Positions 27,931-36,866 of a stretch of 43,767 nucleotides of DNA are shown in pieces. Each line of letters begins with the position of its first letter. Position 1 is the stretch's first letter. This DNA comes from Bacteroidales bacterium (GTDB taxonomy: Bacteria; Bacteroidota; Bacteroidia; Bacteroidales; UBA932), in NCBI GenBank assembly GCA_021443515.1, contig JABUTT010000067.1:1-43767 (forward strand), given 5' to 3'. The notes under the pieces were generated by a model that had not been told where the DNA came from, made no database searches, and saw only the letters and a program-made list of their open reading frames with translations. The position numbers were made by a program, and so were the translations under genes.

Positions 27931-29619
27931 TTATTTCACATAAACACCTACGTAGAAAGCATTGGTTGCCTGAGGAGCTTCTTTGTAAGAACCCTTATGA
28001 CAAACAATCTTGATGTCATCTCCGGCTGCAATTTCAAGCGTTCCAAACATTTTAGCAGGACCACCCCAACCATAAGTACAGCCATAGACATAAACTGCAC
28101 CTGTTTCGTCAACCAAGTCAAAGTTACCATAAGTGGTAAGATCCCATTTATGACCGCTTGGTGAACCGTCAGTAACTGTACCTGATACGCGATACCAAGT
28201 TTCAGTATCGTCTGCAAGAGCATTGAATGCGGCAGCAGTGATATCTGTAACCTTCTTGTGAGAAACAACGGTTACGCTCACCATCTGAGGATCTCCCTTG
28301 TAAGAACCCTTGACACCCTGAACTGTTACGATATCGCCTTCAGAAATTCCAAGAGTATCGAATTTTCCTTTTGCTCCTTCACCATCAAGGACACCATATA
28401 CATATACTGTGTCAGTATGGTCAACAATGTAGATGTTACCAGCGGTTGGATTGGCAACCTTGCAGATATAACCGGTGAGGCGATACTGGACAGCGTTATC
28501 ATCCGGAGCAGCGTTGATTTCAGCAGCAGTCTTGTCTTCAACTGCACCTTCCTGCTCGATTGTAATCACACCTGTAGAAGTGAATTCACCGAGAGAAGCC
28601 TCAATATTTACTTTTGCAGAGCGTCCGGCCTTGTCATTTGCATCGCAAGAGAAGTAGATGCTATCCTTGTCAAAACCTACATAGTGAATCCAAGATTCTT
28701 CAGGAAGAGCTTTGAATGTATCTACGTTAATAACTGCTGCAGCTGCGACTGCACCACCATCCTTACCAATGGTAATAGTAGGAGTCTTGATTGTGAGAAC
28801 TTCTGGAGCAGGGTCCTTTGCAGGTACGAGATATGGAAGAACGCCGCCTGTCTGAGGAGTGTTATATGCTCCGTATGAGCTGTAGCCTGTAGAGTACTGC
28901 ATCCACTTGCCCTGACCGCTTGTGATTTCGAAAGCATAGTCATCAACCTGCTTAACAGTCCAAACAAAAGCATTTGAAGTCTTGCTTGTCTGATAGAAGT
29001 TGTTGTACTTGCCTGCGCTATCCATATAGAGATATCCACCTGCTGAATCCTTGATATAGAAACCGCCTGTAGTTGCCTCAAATGTGAAGATATTTGCCTC
29101 AGTGCTTGTAAGACCTTTCTCAAGATCACCCTTTGCATCGTCAACGTAGATGTAGCCATAGCTGCTACTGTCATCGATTGTAAGACCAAGAGGTTTTGCT
29201 ACCTTCCAAACACCGTCAGCCTGCGCCATAATCCAATAATTACCGGCCTCAAATTCAGGATATGGTGAAGGAGTAGCAAGTTTCTTGAAAAGAACGAACT
29301 GAGCGTTTGTACCACAGATAATCTGGATATTTACTGTGAGTTCCTTAGAAACCGCATCAGGATAAGAGAATGTCACGGTAGTTTCACCAGCCTTTCCGCT
29401 CGTTGGAGTAACAGTAAGGCCTTCAGGGATTGATGACGCAACAACTTCCCAATCCTCGGTTGCTGTAACCTTGATAGAGCCTTCAGTTGCATCTTGTGCC
29501 AAGATAACTTGAGTTTTGTCAACCTTAATATTGTCAAAACTTCTGGCAATCTGCTTTGGAGTACAAGCCACGAGAAGAGCGGCTGCAGCAAAGCCTGTCA
29601 ATATTTTTGTAATTTTCAT
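27931..29619 (-). CDS. Surface lipoprotein with BACON/Ig-like domains and two tandem OB-fold-like repeats
   Basis: Lipobox LVAC; BACON-like VTATEDW...TPTSG and SWI...CDAN...RSA segments; two 97-aa C-terminal repeats YRxxG...GNxxxVDxT..VYVYG...GD...KGSYK..PQ. Confidence 0.75.
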   Translation of the reverse strand: MKITKILTGFAAAALLVACTPKQIARSFDNIKVDKTQVILAQDATEGSIKVTATEDWEVVASSIPEGLTVTPTSGKAGETTVTFSYPDAVSKELTVNIQIICGTNAQFVLFKKLATPSPYPEFEAGNYWIMAQADGVWKVAKPLGLTIDDSSSYGYIYVDDAKGDLEKGLTSTEANIFTFEATTGGFYIKDSAGGYLYMDSAGKYNNFYQTSKTSNAFVWTVKQVDDYAFEITSGQGKWMQYSTGYSSYGAYNTPQTGGVLPYLVPAKDPAPEVLTIKTPTITIGKDGGAVAAAAVINVDTFKALPEESWIHYVGFDKDSIYFSCDANDKAGRSAKVNIEASLGEFTSTGVITIEQEGAVEDKTAAEINAAPDDNAVQYRLTGYICKVANPTAGNIYIVDHTDTVYVYGVLDGEGAKGKFDTLGISEGDIVTVQGVKGSYKGDPQMVSVTVVSHKKVTDITAAAFNALADDTETWYRVSGTVTDGSPSGHKWDLTTYGNFDLVDETGAVYVYGCTYGWGGPAKMFGTLEIAAGDDIKIVCHKGSYKEAPQATNAFYVGVYVK

Positions 29620-29637
29620 AATTATCTTCTTCTAAGA

Positions 29638-32600
29638 TTAGTTGAACATATACTTGATACCTACAGAAGCATACCAGCACTGTCCGATAGTGTGGCTGAG
29701 CACGAATGTCTCAGTGTTTGCACTGATTGCCTTAGGAGTAGAGAATACAGGATAACCTTCTTGGTCTGTTCCTTCATATTTGAGGATACGAGCCTCTGAA
29801 CCAATCTCAGGGTTGAGGTATTTGCTGACACCCCACTTAGAGTTGAAGAGGTTGAGGACGTTCTTAACGTTTACGCTAATCTGGATAGTGTTGACTGAGT
29901 TGCCGGCTTTGATTCTGAAATCCTTGCTGTAGGCGAAGTCAAGTCTGTGAGTCCAAGGAGAATATACGCTGTAAGCTTCAGCATACTGTCCCTGGTGTTT
30001 GCTGAGATAGCTGTCCTTGTGAACATAGTCCATGAAACGCTTCTGGCTGTCTTCGTCAATGAAACGGAACTCGCCGTTAGCGACCTGCTTGTCGGTAGGA
30101 ATATAGATTGCATCGTAAGCATAACCGTCACCGTTCATATCGTTGGTAGTCATATAAGAGTAGTTGTAACCACCTCTCCAAGCCTCATAGATGAGACTGA
30201 AACGGTTGTAAGCCTTGTCTGTGAATGTAAGAGATGAGATTACACGGTCAGGAGTTACATACTGTGAGTTGTGGAGAGGAATGTTGTTAGGACCCTCAGA
30301 AGTTGCCACGTATGTGAATGCTGACTCAGCGGCGCTACCAGGCATACCGGTAATTTCCTTGTTTGCAGTGTGGGTGTAGGCAGCCATGATGTCGAGACCC
30401 TGAACAGGGCTGATCTTCATTGTTACGTTTGCAGTCCAACCATAACCCTGGTTAGTGTTCTCAAGCACGAATGCTGCAGTACCTGTACGGAAGTTTGAAG
30501 GATAGATAGAACGGTTGTCAGCACCATTGAACTTAGCGAAACCGGCTACTGGAAGAATACTCCAGTCAGAGATGCTTACTGCGTTGAGAGTCTTGTTGTA
30601 GATACCCTCGGCAGTGATACTGAATGGGAATGAAGTTGGGAACTGGTAGTCGATTGCGAGAGAAGTCTTCCAAACCTGAGGCATCTTGAAGTTAGGGTCA
30701 ACTGCAGAGATAGTAGCAGGTTTTGTACCCTTTGCAGGATCGTATGCTGAAGGGAAGCCCATTGAAACGAGTTTTGCGCGAAGGTCTGAGATAGAAGTAA
30801 GCATATCACCCTTGAACTCGTTGAGGATAGATGCCATGTCAGGATATTTAGCCTTAACCTCATCAGGAAGGTTAGCATATTTCACGCTTGGACCAAGCTG
30901 TGCCTGATACTGAACGGTACCTGCGTTGGTTGGCATATTGGTGAAGAACACGAGTGGAAGACGACCTGAGAAGAGACCTGTACCACCACGGAGTTTGAGG
31001 CTCTTGTTACCAAGGATATCCCAAGTGAAACCGATACGAGGAGAGAAGGTTACAGAAGCGTTTGGCCATTTGCCAGTGTCGATGTGACGACCTGTTACGC
31101 AACCTTTACCACCGTCGATAAATTCGCCTGCTGCATTCTTGCAGTCACCTGTGTGATAAGGAATAGCGAGGATGGCGTTATTGGTCCTAAGGTCTGCGTT
31201 ATTGAAGAAGAGACCGTCGATACGGAGGCCGTAAGTAAGTTTGAATCTCTCGTGAATAGTCCACTCATCCTGAGCGTAAATGCTTGGACGATAGAAACGA
31301 ACACGTGCTGCAGGAGGGTTTGAACCACCGTCATAGCCGTATGTGAGGCAGACAACCTCAGGAGTTTCACCTGCGAAGAAGTCGTCCAAAGACTTGTAAC
31401 GATAGTAACCTGTACCATTACGGAGGTAAGCGTTGTCAGCCATCTGGTATTCGAAGCTGATACCTCCGGTTACCTTATGGTTGTCGCCGTACCATACGAG
31501 GTCATCCTTTACATTTACGACATCGTTGTGGACACCATTATAATATGTAAAGAGCTCGTAACCGAGAGCCATATAGTTCTGACCTGAACCATCAAGGATG
31601 TCGATGAATGGGAACTCCTTAGAGTTTGTACCACGAACGTCATCGAGTTTAGAGTAAGTGAAGAGGAGCTGGTTTGAAAGGTTGCTTGTAAGGCGGCTGT
31701 TGAGGTCGACAGATACAGAGTTTGCAACATTCTGCTGTGAGTACATAGAATTTGCAAAAGACATTGAATACTGTGAAGTACGAGCGCCAGAAGCACGAGT
31801 ACCACCGTCCATTGAAGTTGCGTTAGGACCAACCCACTTGTTGTTTACAGTGTTGTTGTAACGAACTGTGAGGTGATGGTTATCGGTAATGTTCCAGTCA
31901 ATCTTGGCAAGAATTTTTCTGCAGTTGACATTTGCAGGGAAACTTGTCCAAGAACCTGTGTCATAACCGTATTTGCTCTTAACGAACTCAGAAACCTTTG
32001 CAAGGTCAGCGTTGGTTGTACGAGAAATATAGTTGTTTGCATCAGCTTTGCCATCCTCTGAACCTCTCCAGCGTACAGGAACGTTAGGAGACTGCTCAAA
32101 CTCAGCATTCACATAGAAGAAGAGTTTGTTCTTGAGGATAGGACCGCCGAGAGAGAAACCAAAAGTAGTTGTACGGTCTTTGTCGCGAGCTCCGTTGATT
32201 TGTGTACCATCAACTGTATCACCTCTCATGTTCTCGTTCTGATGAGTAACGAAAGCTGTAGCCCTGAAGGTGTTGGTACCTGACTTGGTAACAGCGTTCA
32301 CACCACCACCGATGAAGTTGCTCTGACGAACATCGTAAGGAGAAATTACAACCTGCATTTCCTCGAGAGCGTCGATAGAGATAGGACTACCGCCACCAGG
32401 GAGACCGTCGCTAAGACCAAAGTTGTTGTTGAAGTTCGCACCATCGACTGTGAAGTTACCAAGACGACCGTCAGTACCGGCGAAACTCATACCGTTACCT
32501 CCGTAAGGAGAAAGTCTTGTAATGTCGGTGATTGAGCGGTCAACTGTAGGCACGCTTGCGATTTCCTTGCCGGAAATTGTGGTAGCGGCACCGGTTCTCT

Positions 32601-32997
32601 CAGTTGCAAACTTGGAAGATGCTGTAGAAATCACCTTTGCTTCAGCGAGAAGCTCAGAGTCATCAGCAAGGGTCGCGTTAAGACCAAAAGACTCACCAAG
32701 TTCAAGAGTTACATCGGTGTAAGTTACAGTAGCGTAACCAAGACAACTAATCTCCACCTTGTAAGGACCGCCGACACGCATACCGTTGATAGCATACTGT
32801 CCGTTTGCGTTGGTGACAGAATAGTAAGTAGTACCAGAAGGAGTGTGAACCGCAACGACGGTTGCTCCTACAACAGAAACTCCGCTTCCATCGGCTACAC
32901 GGCCATTGAGAGCGGAGGTGGTTACCTGTGCTTGTGCAGAGATAACACAAAGCATTGCTGCGAAAGACAGCAACAGAACTTTGATTGTTTTGTTCAT
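29638..32997 (-). CDS. TonB-dependent receptor (Oar-like, N-terminal carboxypeptidase-regulatory-like domain)
   Basis: Signal peptide; GATVVAVHTPSGT; plug motif SPYDVRQSNFIGGGVNAVTKSGTN; YAQDEW, SPRIGFTWD; C-terminal beta signal GIKYMFN; start taken at MNKTIK. Confidence 0.92.
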   Translation of the reverse strand: MNKTIKVLLLSFAAMLCVISAQAQVTTSALNGRVADGSGVSVVGATVVAVHTPSGTTYYSVTNANGQYAINGMRVGGPYKVEISCLGYATVTYTDVTLELGESFGLNATLADDSELLAEAKVISTASSKFATERTGAATTISGKEIASVPTVDRSITDITRLSPYGGNGMSFAGTDGRLGNFTVDGANFNNNFGLSDGLPGGGSPISIDALEEMQVVISPYDVRQSNFIGGGVNAVTKSGTNTFRATAFVTHQNENMRGDTVDGTQINGARDKDRTTTFGFSLGGPILKNKLFFYVNAEFEQSPNVPVRWRGSEDGKADANNYISRTTNADLAKVSEFVKSKYGYDTGSWTSFPANVNCRKILAKIDWNITDNHHLTVRYNNTVNNKWVGPNATSMDGGTRASGARTSQYSMSFANSMYSQQNVANSVSVDLNSRLTSNLSNQLLFTYSKLDDVRGTNSKEFPFIDILDGSGQNYMALGYELFTYYNGVHNDVVNVKDDLVWYGDNHKVTGGISFEYQMADNAYLRNGTGYYRYKSLDDFFAGETPEVVCLTYGYDGGSNPPAARVRFYRPSIYAQDEWTIHERFKLTYGLRIDGLFFNNADLRTNNAILAIPYHTGDCKNAAGEFIDGGKGCVTGRHIDTGKWPNASVTFSPRIGFTWDILGNKSLKLRGGTGLFSGRLPLVFFTNMPTNAGTVQYQAQLGPSVKYANLPDEVKAKYPDMASILNEFKGDMLTSISDLRAKLVSMGFPSAYDPAKGTKPATISAVDPNFKMPQVWKTSLAIDYQFPTSFPFSITAEGIYNKTLNAVSISDWSILPVAGFAKFNGADNRSIYPSNFRTGTAAFVLENTNQGYGWTANVTMKISPVQGLDIMAAYTHTANKEITGMPGSAAESAFTYVATSEGPNNIPLHNSQYVTPDRVISSLTFTDKAYNRFSLIYEAWRGGYNYSYMTTNDMNGDGYAYDAIYIPTDKQVANGEFRFIDEDSQKRFMDYVHKDSYLSKHQGQYAEAYSVYSPWTHRLDFAYSKDFRIKAGNSVNTIQISVNVKNVLNLFNSKWGVSKYLNPEIGSEARILKYEGTDQEGYPVFSTPKAISANTETFVLSHTIGQCWYASVGIKYMFN

Positions 32998-33047
32998 AAA
33001 GGTTTTATTGAAAAGAATTGATTGATTCATTCCCTACTAAACTGACG

Positions 33048-33085
33048 CAAAGGTACAAAAAATTTAAGATTTGTGACTATATTTG
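33048..33085. promoter_or_regulatory. Divergent -7 boxes for the TBDT operon and the 33108 gene
   Basis: Minus strand TACCTTTG 33048-33055; plus strand TATATTTG 33078-33085. Confidence 0.7.
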
Positions 33086-33107
33086 CATCGTCAAATTTTA
33101 AGAAAAT

Positions 33108-33755
33108 ATGAAAAATTTATTAACAATTTTATCCACATTCGTTCTAAGTGCTTCTATTGCATCTGCAGCCCCATTTTATGTTGCACAGAAGGGACTTACA
33201 GGTAAATTTGTAAATACGGATGCCGATGGCAAAGTCATAGGATATTACACCCAAAGCGCAAATTCCGTATCAAACGGAGGAATGGAACTTTCCACAACCC
33301 TTGAGTTTATGGACGAAAATGGCAAAAGTGTACTCAGCGAACCATTCACAATGACAGTCAAGTATGTGGATGAATCCAGAACAGACGCTTCAATCAGCAG
33401 TCTTAAAGGCGCAATGAAGAGCAGTCCTTACATGCCAAAGGGCAATGTCATCGCCTTCCCTTCTGAAATCAAAGTAGGCGACACCTTCCCAGACCACAAG
33501 GTCAATATTAAAATTGGAGTCATAAAAACCAACAACCGCATCACCGAAAGAAAAGTCACCGGAAAAGAAACAATCACTGTTCCTGCCGGCACATTCGAAT
33601 GTTATGTTGTAGAAGAAAAGGAGTACTACCAGGGTGGCCCGAAACCTTTCTCGCTGAAAACATGGATAACCAAAGAAGAAGGCGTTATCCGTCAAGACTG
33701 TTGGAACAGTGATGGAAAGTTCTACAAGAAGATGGAACTCATCAGCATCAAGTAA
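33108..33755 (+). CDS. Secreted hypothetical protein (DUF3108-like beta-rich)
   Basis: Signal peptide ending ASA-A; ETITVPAGTFECY motif; terminal ELISIK. Confidence 0.7.
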   Translation: MKNLLTILSTFVLSASIASAAPFYVAQKGLTGKFVNTDADGKVIGYYTQSANSVSNGGMELSTTLEFMDENGKSVLSEPFTMTVKYVDESRTDASISSLKGAMKSSPYMPKGNVIAFPSEIKVGDTFPDHKVNIKIGVIKTNNRITERKVTGKETITVPAGTFECYVVEEKEYYQGGPKPFSLKTWITKEEGVIRQDCWNSDGKFYKKMELISIK

Positions 33756-33768
33756 AAGGTTTCTTAAT

Positions 33769-33808
33769 AAAAAAGAAGTTGTTCGGTTTGAACAGCTTCT
33801 TATTTTTT
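33769..33808. terminator. Bidirectional terminator between convergent genes
   Basis: AAGAAGTTGTTC-GGTTT-GAACAGCTTCTT with flanking A and T runs. Confidence 0.75.
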
Positions 33809-34078
33809 GTTGCCACGACCTTCTATCCAGCACCAGAGTTTATACATAAGGAAACCCCAGGCAAGGAAAAGCAGGATGTGAACCCACATCGGGACTTTGG
33901 AAATAAAATTCGCTTTTGAGGACAATTTTTCATATTCCGGAATGTCCGCATAATAGTAAGCTCCTGCTCCGAAGTCAAGGTCTTCCACAAGCCCCAAATG
34001 GTTTACCATTATATAAACAGAAGTAGCCAAGACCGCTATAGTCACGACTATCAAAGCGATTTTGGCTACTTTTTTCAT
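33800..34078 (-). CDS. Small two-TM hypothetical membrane protein
   Basis: Two hydrophobic segments flanking the loop DLDFGAGAYYYADIP; 13 nt downstream of the YeiH-family gene. Confidence 0.7.
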   Translation of the reverse strand: MKKVAKIALIVVTIAVLATSVYIMVNHLGLVEDLDFGAGAYYYADIPEYEKLSSKANFISKVPMWVHILLFLAWGFLMYKLWCWIEGRGNKK

Positions 34079-34091
34079 ATTCTATATGTTC

Positions 34092-35435
34092 TTATCCGAG
34101 AACAGGTATTGGGAAGAACTTGCCTGAGAGGACGAACCAAACCATTGCAAAAGTAAGCACGATGTTGAAGGTCTGTCCGAGGACGTAAAGCCAAAGCACC
34201 TTGCCTCCCTGCATACGGCTGAGTATGCTCTTGAAGTTGGTGTCAAGACCTATGCTTGTAAAGGCAAGCACGAATGCCCAGTTCTTATACTGATCGAGGA
34301 CTTTGTTTATAGCACCCACCTTGTCTGAACCTGCGAGAGGAACGAAGATGAAAGATGCCACCAGAGAAGCCACGAAGAAGCCGATAATGAACTTAGGGAA
34401 GCGGTTCCAGATTTCGATAGGACCAACCTTTGAGTCACCTGTCTTGTTCACTCTTGTTGCAAAGAAGAAGGCAACGAAGAATGCTATGAAGCCTATAAGA
34501 ATATTCTGGATAGACTTAACGAGGACTGCTGCCTGCTGCGCGGTTTCTCCGAGAGCAGTACCTGCCACCACAACAGCGCCTGTCGAATCCACCGTACCTC
34601 CGATGAGAGAGCCACCCATAATCTGACTCATACCGCAAGCCTTGATTATCATTGGTTCAAACACCATCATAAGAATAGTGAAGATAATCGAAATGGACAC
34701 TGCCATTGAAAGGTCCTCTTTCTTTGCACCCGAAGCTGCGCCTGTTGCGATTGCCGCAGAAGTTCCGCAGACACTTGTGGCAGCCGAAAGGGTGATTACG
34801 AGAGGCTTGTTGTCCATCTTGAACACCTTTGTTCCGAGCCAGTACATAAAGATAATGACAATCGGAGTCACAACCCAGGCAATTGCAAGGCCGTAGAGAC
34901 CGAACTTTGCAATGTTTGAGAAGAGTACCGAGAAACCCATGATAACAAGGCCTGTCTTTACATAGAACTCAGTCTTGATTGCAGGTTTCATCCAGTCGGG
35001 AACTCCTATTACATTTGAGATGAAAAGACCTACGAGCAATGCCCAGAAAGCCCATTCAAGATATCTGTTAAGCGTGAATTCTGCGCTGATGAGACGAACG
35101 ATGACCGCTACTGCAAAAAGAGCGATGAATGCAGGCACGAATTTCTTTACCTTTTCTCCAAGAAGACCTGCACCTGCGGTAAACAAAACGCCTGTCACTG
35201 CGAGAGTGAGAAGGAGTTTCCCCCAGAATGCCCAAGAAGCGATTTGTTCGCCGAGTGGAGTTACCTTTGAAGATTCATTGAGAGCAGAGCCCAAAGCCCA
35301 AGTCTTGAACTTGAGAGCAGAAAAGTCAAACCAACCGGTAAGAACTGCCACTACTGAAATGGCGATAACGATGAAGCCGATCCAACAAGCGATCCAGTCT
35401 TCGGTTTTCCAGAGTTTTGAAATGTTTTTATTCAT
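34092..35435 (-). CDS. YeiH/putative sulfate exporter family transporter
   Basis: EDW N-terminus, TEFYVKTGLV, SVCGTSAAIA, IGGTVDSTGAV, RFPKFIIGF, AFTSIGL; start MNKNIS lies downstream of TACCTTTG at 35460-35467. Confidence 0.88.
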   Translation of the reverse strand: MNKNISKLWKTEDWIACWIGFIVIAISVVAVLTGWFDFSALKFKTWALGSALNESSKVTPLGEQIASWAFWGKLLLTLAVTGVLFTAGAGLLGEKVKKFVPAFIALFAVAVIVRLISAEFTLNRYLEWAFWALLVGLFISNVIGVPDWMKPAIKTEFYVKTGLVIMGFSVLFSNIAKFGLYGLAIAWVVTPIVIIFMYWLGTKVFKMDNKPLVITLSAATSVCGTSAAIATGAASGAKKEDLSMAVSISIIFTILMMVFEPMIIKACGMSQIMGGSLIGGTVDSTGAVVVAGTALGETAQQAAVLVKSIQNILIGFIAFFVAFFFATRVNKTGDSKVGPIEIWNRFPKFIIGFFVASLVASFIFVPLAGSDKVGAINKVLDQYKNWAFVLAFTSIGLDTNFKSILSRMQGGKVLWLYVLGQTFNIVLTFAMVWFVLSGKFFPIPVLG

Positions 35436-35603
35436 TTTGGTCTGTGATTTTAGAACATGCAAAGGTAAAAAATGCACATTCGACAAAAGTCACTTTTTCA
35501 ATCTAAAATGTAAGTATTCGTAAAAAATAACACGGGAACAACCACCAAAAAACTCCACAAAGAAAGAATCCCTCCTTTTTCATGAAGATTTTTTTGAATT
35601 ATT

Positions 35604-35634
35604 TTTGGATATTTAGAAAAAGGTTGTATCTTTG
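35604..35634 (+). promoter_or_regulatory. tRNA operon promoter
   Basis: TTTG 35604-35607, 19-nt spacer, TATCTTTG 35627-35634. Confidence 0.8.
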
Positions 35635-35691
35635 CAGTCCCGATAAACGGGAACGCGTGTTCATCAAATTGGCAGAACACAACCTAAAAAT

Positions 35692-35767
35692 GCGGAAATA
35701 GCTCAGTTGGTAGAGCACAACCTTGCCAAGGTTGGGGTCGCGAGTCCGAGTCTCGTTTTCCGCTCCA
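35692..35767 (+). tRNA. tRNA-Gly (GCC)
   Basis: Acceptor GCGGAAA/TTTCCGC; D arm GCTC-AGTTGGTA-GAGC; anticodon arm CAACC-TTGCCAA-GGTTG; CCA encoded. Confidence 0.96.
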
Positions 35768-35822
35768 AGACGGTCGCTAAATGGCGGCCGTTTTATCCTA
35801 AGAAAAGAGTTTAAGACTCCCT

Positions 35823-35909
35823 GGTGAGATGGGTGAGTGGCTTAAACCAGCAGTTTGCTAAACTGCCGTACGGGTAACCGTACCAGGAGTTCGAATCTCC
35901 TTCTCACCG
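35823..35909 (+). tRNA. tRNA-Ser (GCT)
   Basis: Acceptor GGTGAGA/TCTCACC; anticodon arm GCAGT-TTGCTAA-ACTGC; long variable arm GTACGG-GTAA-CCGTAC; TTCGAAT; discriminator G; no encoded CCA. Confidence 0.96.
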
Positions 35910-35910
35910 C

Positions 35911-35951
35911 AAAAAGTGACCTACAGAAATGTAAGTCACTTTTTCTTTTTT
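35911..35951. terminator. Bidirectional terminator shared by the tRNA operon and the convergent nuclease-TBDT operon
   Basis: AAAAAGTGAC-CTACA-GAAA-TGTAA-GTCACTTTTT. Confidence 0.85.
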
Positions 35952-35987
35952 ATCGGTTTTATCGGATCGGTTCGGCTATCTAATTTT

Positions 35988-36866
35988 CTACTGCCTTTGA
36001 ACCAACTCCACCGAAGCAATTATAATCACCACTCCGATGAGTTTCGCTATTGTAAACGACTCCATTCCCATTGAAAAGGCAACCAAGGCGCTCACGACAG
36101 GTATTATTGTATTGAATATTGCCGTTTTCGTCATTCCTATGGCCCCCACTCCATTCACAAAGAAGGCGAAGGCAGCGCAAGAACACAGCACTGCAAGACA
36201 AAGCAGAGGAACGATGACCTCCGCATTGAGCAGCAATTTCATACCCGAAAGTCCCATTGGCTCTATGAAAATGCAAGGGAAAAGGAATATTGAACCAAAG
36301 ACAAACTGATAAGTGGTAATTGTCCAGGCGTTATATTTAGACGAGTTCTTCTGCACGATGGTATTGTAGCCAACGGATGCTATAAGACAGCCAAAAAGCA
36401 GAGCAAAACCCCACCAATACTTGCTCGAAACCTCTCCCTTGCCAAGGTTCATTAAGACAATGCCCACTATCGACAATACCGCTCCGGCAAAACCTTTCCA
36501 AGTGATTTTGGTCTTAAAAAATACAAGGGCAGCTATCATCACGAACACAGGCACCAGAGAAGAAAACAGGGCGCAAAGAGTAGGCGACCCTGTGGCTTTC
36601 AGGGAAAATGTCTCACAGATATAATATAGGAACGGATGAAGGAGGGCGCAAAGAAGGAAAGAAGGGATATCTTTTCTGTCTATCCTCTGCAACACTCCGA
36701 AACTCTTGCAAAGAACGAGCATCACGAGGGCCGCAATGAACATTCTTGAGAAAGTGAAGACAAAGACCGGTATTTCAAGATTTATGAGGACTTTCGTCCA
36801 AATGAACGATAGTCCCCAAAAAATCTCGGCTATAATTATCAGTATGTATGGTAGCGCCTTTTTCAC
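35988..36866 (-). CDS. DMT/EamA family transporter
   Basis: IFWGLSFIWTK, about 10 TM segments in two EamA halves; GTG start overlaps the upstream stop (GTGA). Confidence 0.9.
   Translation of the reverse strand: MKKALPYILIIIAEIFWGLSFIWTKVLINLEIPVFVFTFSRMFIAALVMLVLCKSFGVLQRIDRKDIPSFLLCALLHPFLYYICETFSLKATGSPTLCALFSSLVPVFVMIAALVFFKTKITWKGFAGAVLSIVGIVLMNLGKGEVSSKYWWGFALLFGCLIASVGYNTIVQKNSSKYNAWTITTYQFVFGSIFLFPCIFIEPMGLSGMKLLLNAEVIVPLLCLAVLCSCAAFAFFVNGVGAIGMTKTAIFNTIIPVVSALVAFSMGMESFTIAKLIGVVIIIASVELVQRQ

Noticed and set aside
35487-35945. 13-bp direct repeat AAGTCACTTTTTC flanking the tRNA pair (35487-35499 and 35933-35945) as possible att sites
   Set aside because: AT-rich; one copy is a terminator arm; no integrase and no duplicated tRNA 3' end is visible in the window
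35950-35980. Short degenerate TCGG/ATCGG tandem repeats after the tRNA terminator
   Set aside because: Too short and irregular for a CRISPR or functional repeat; probably slippage
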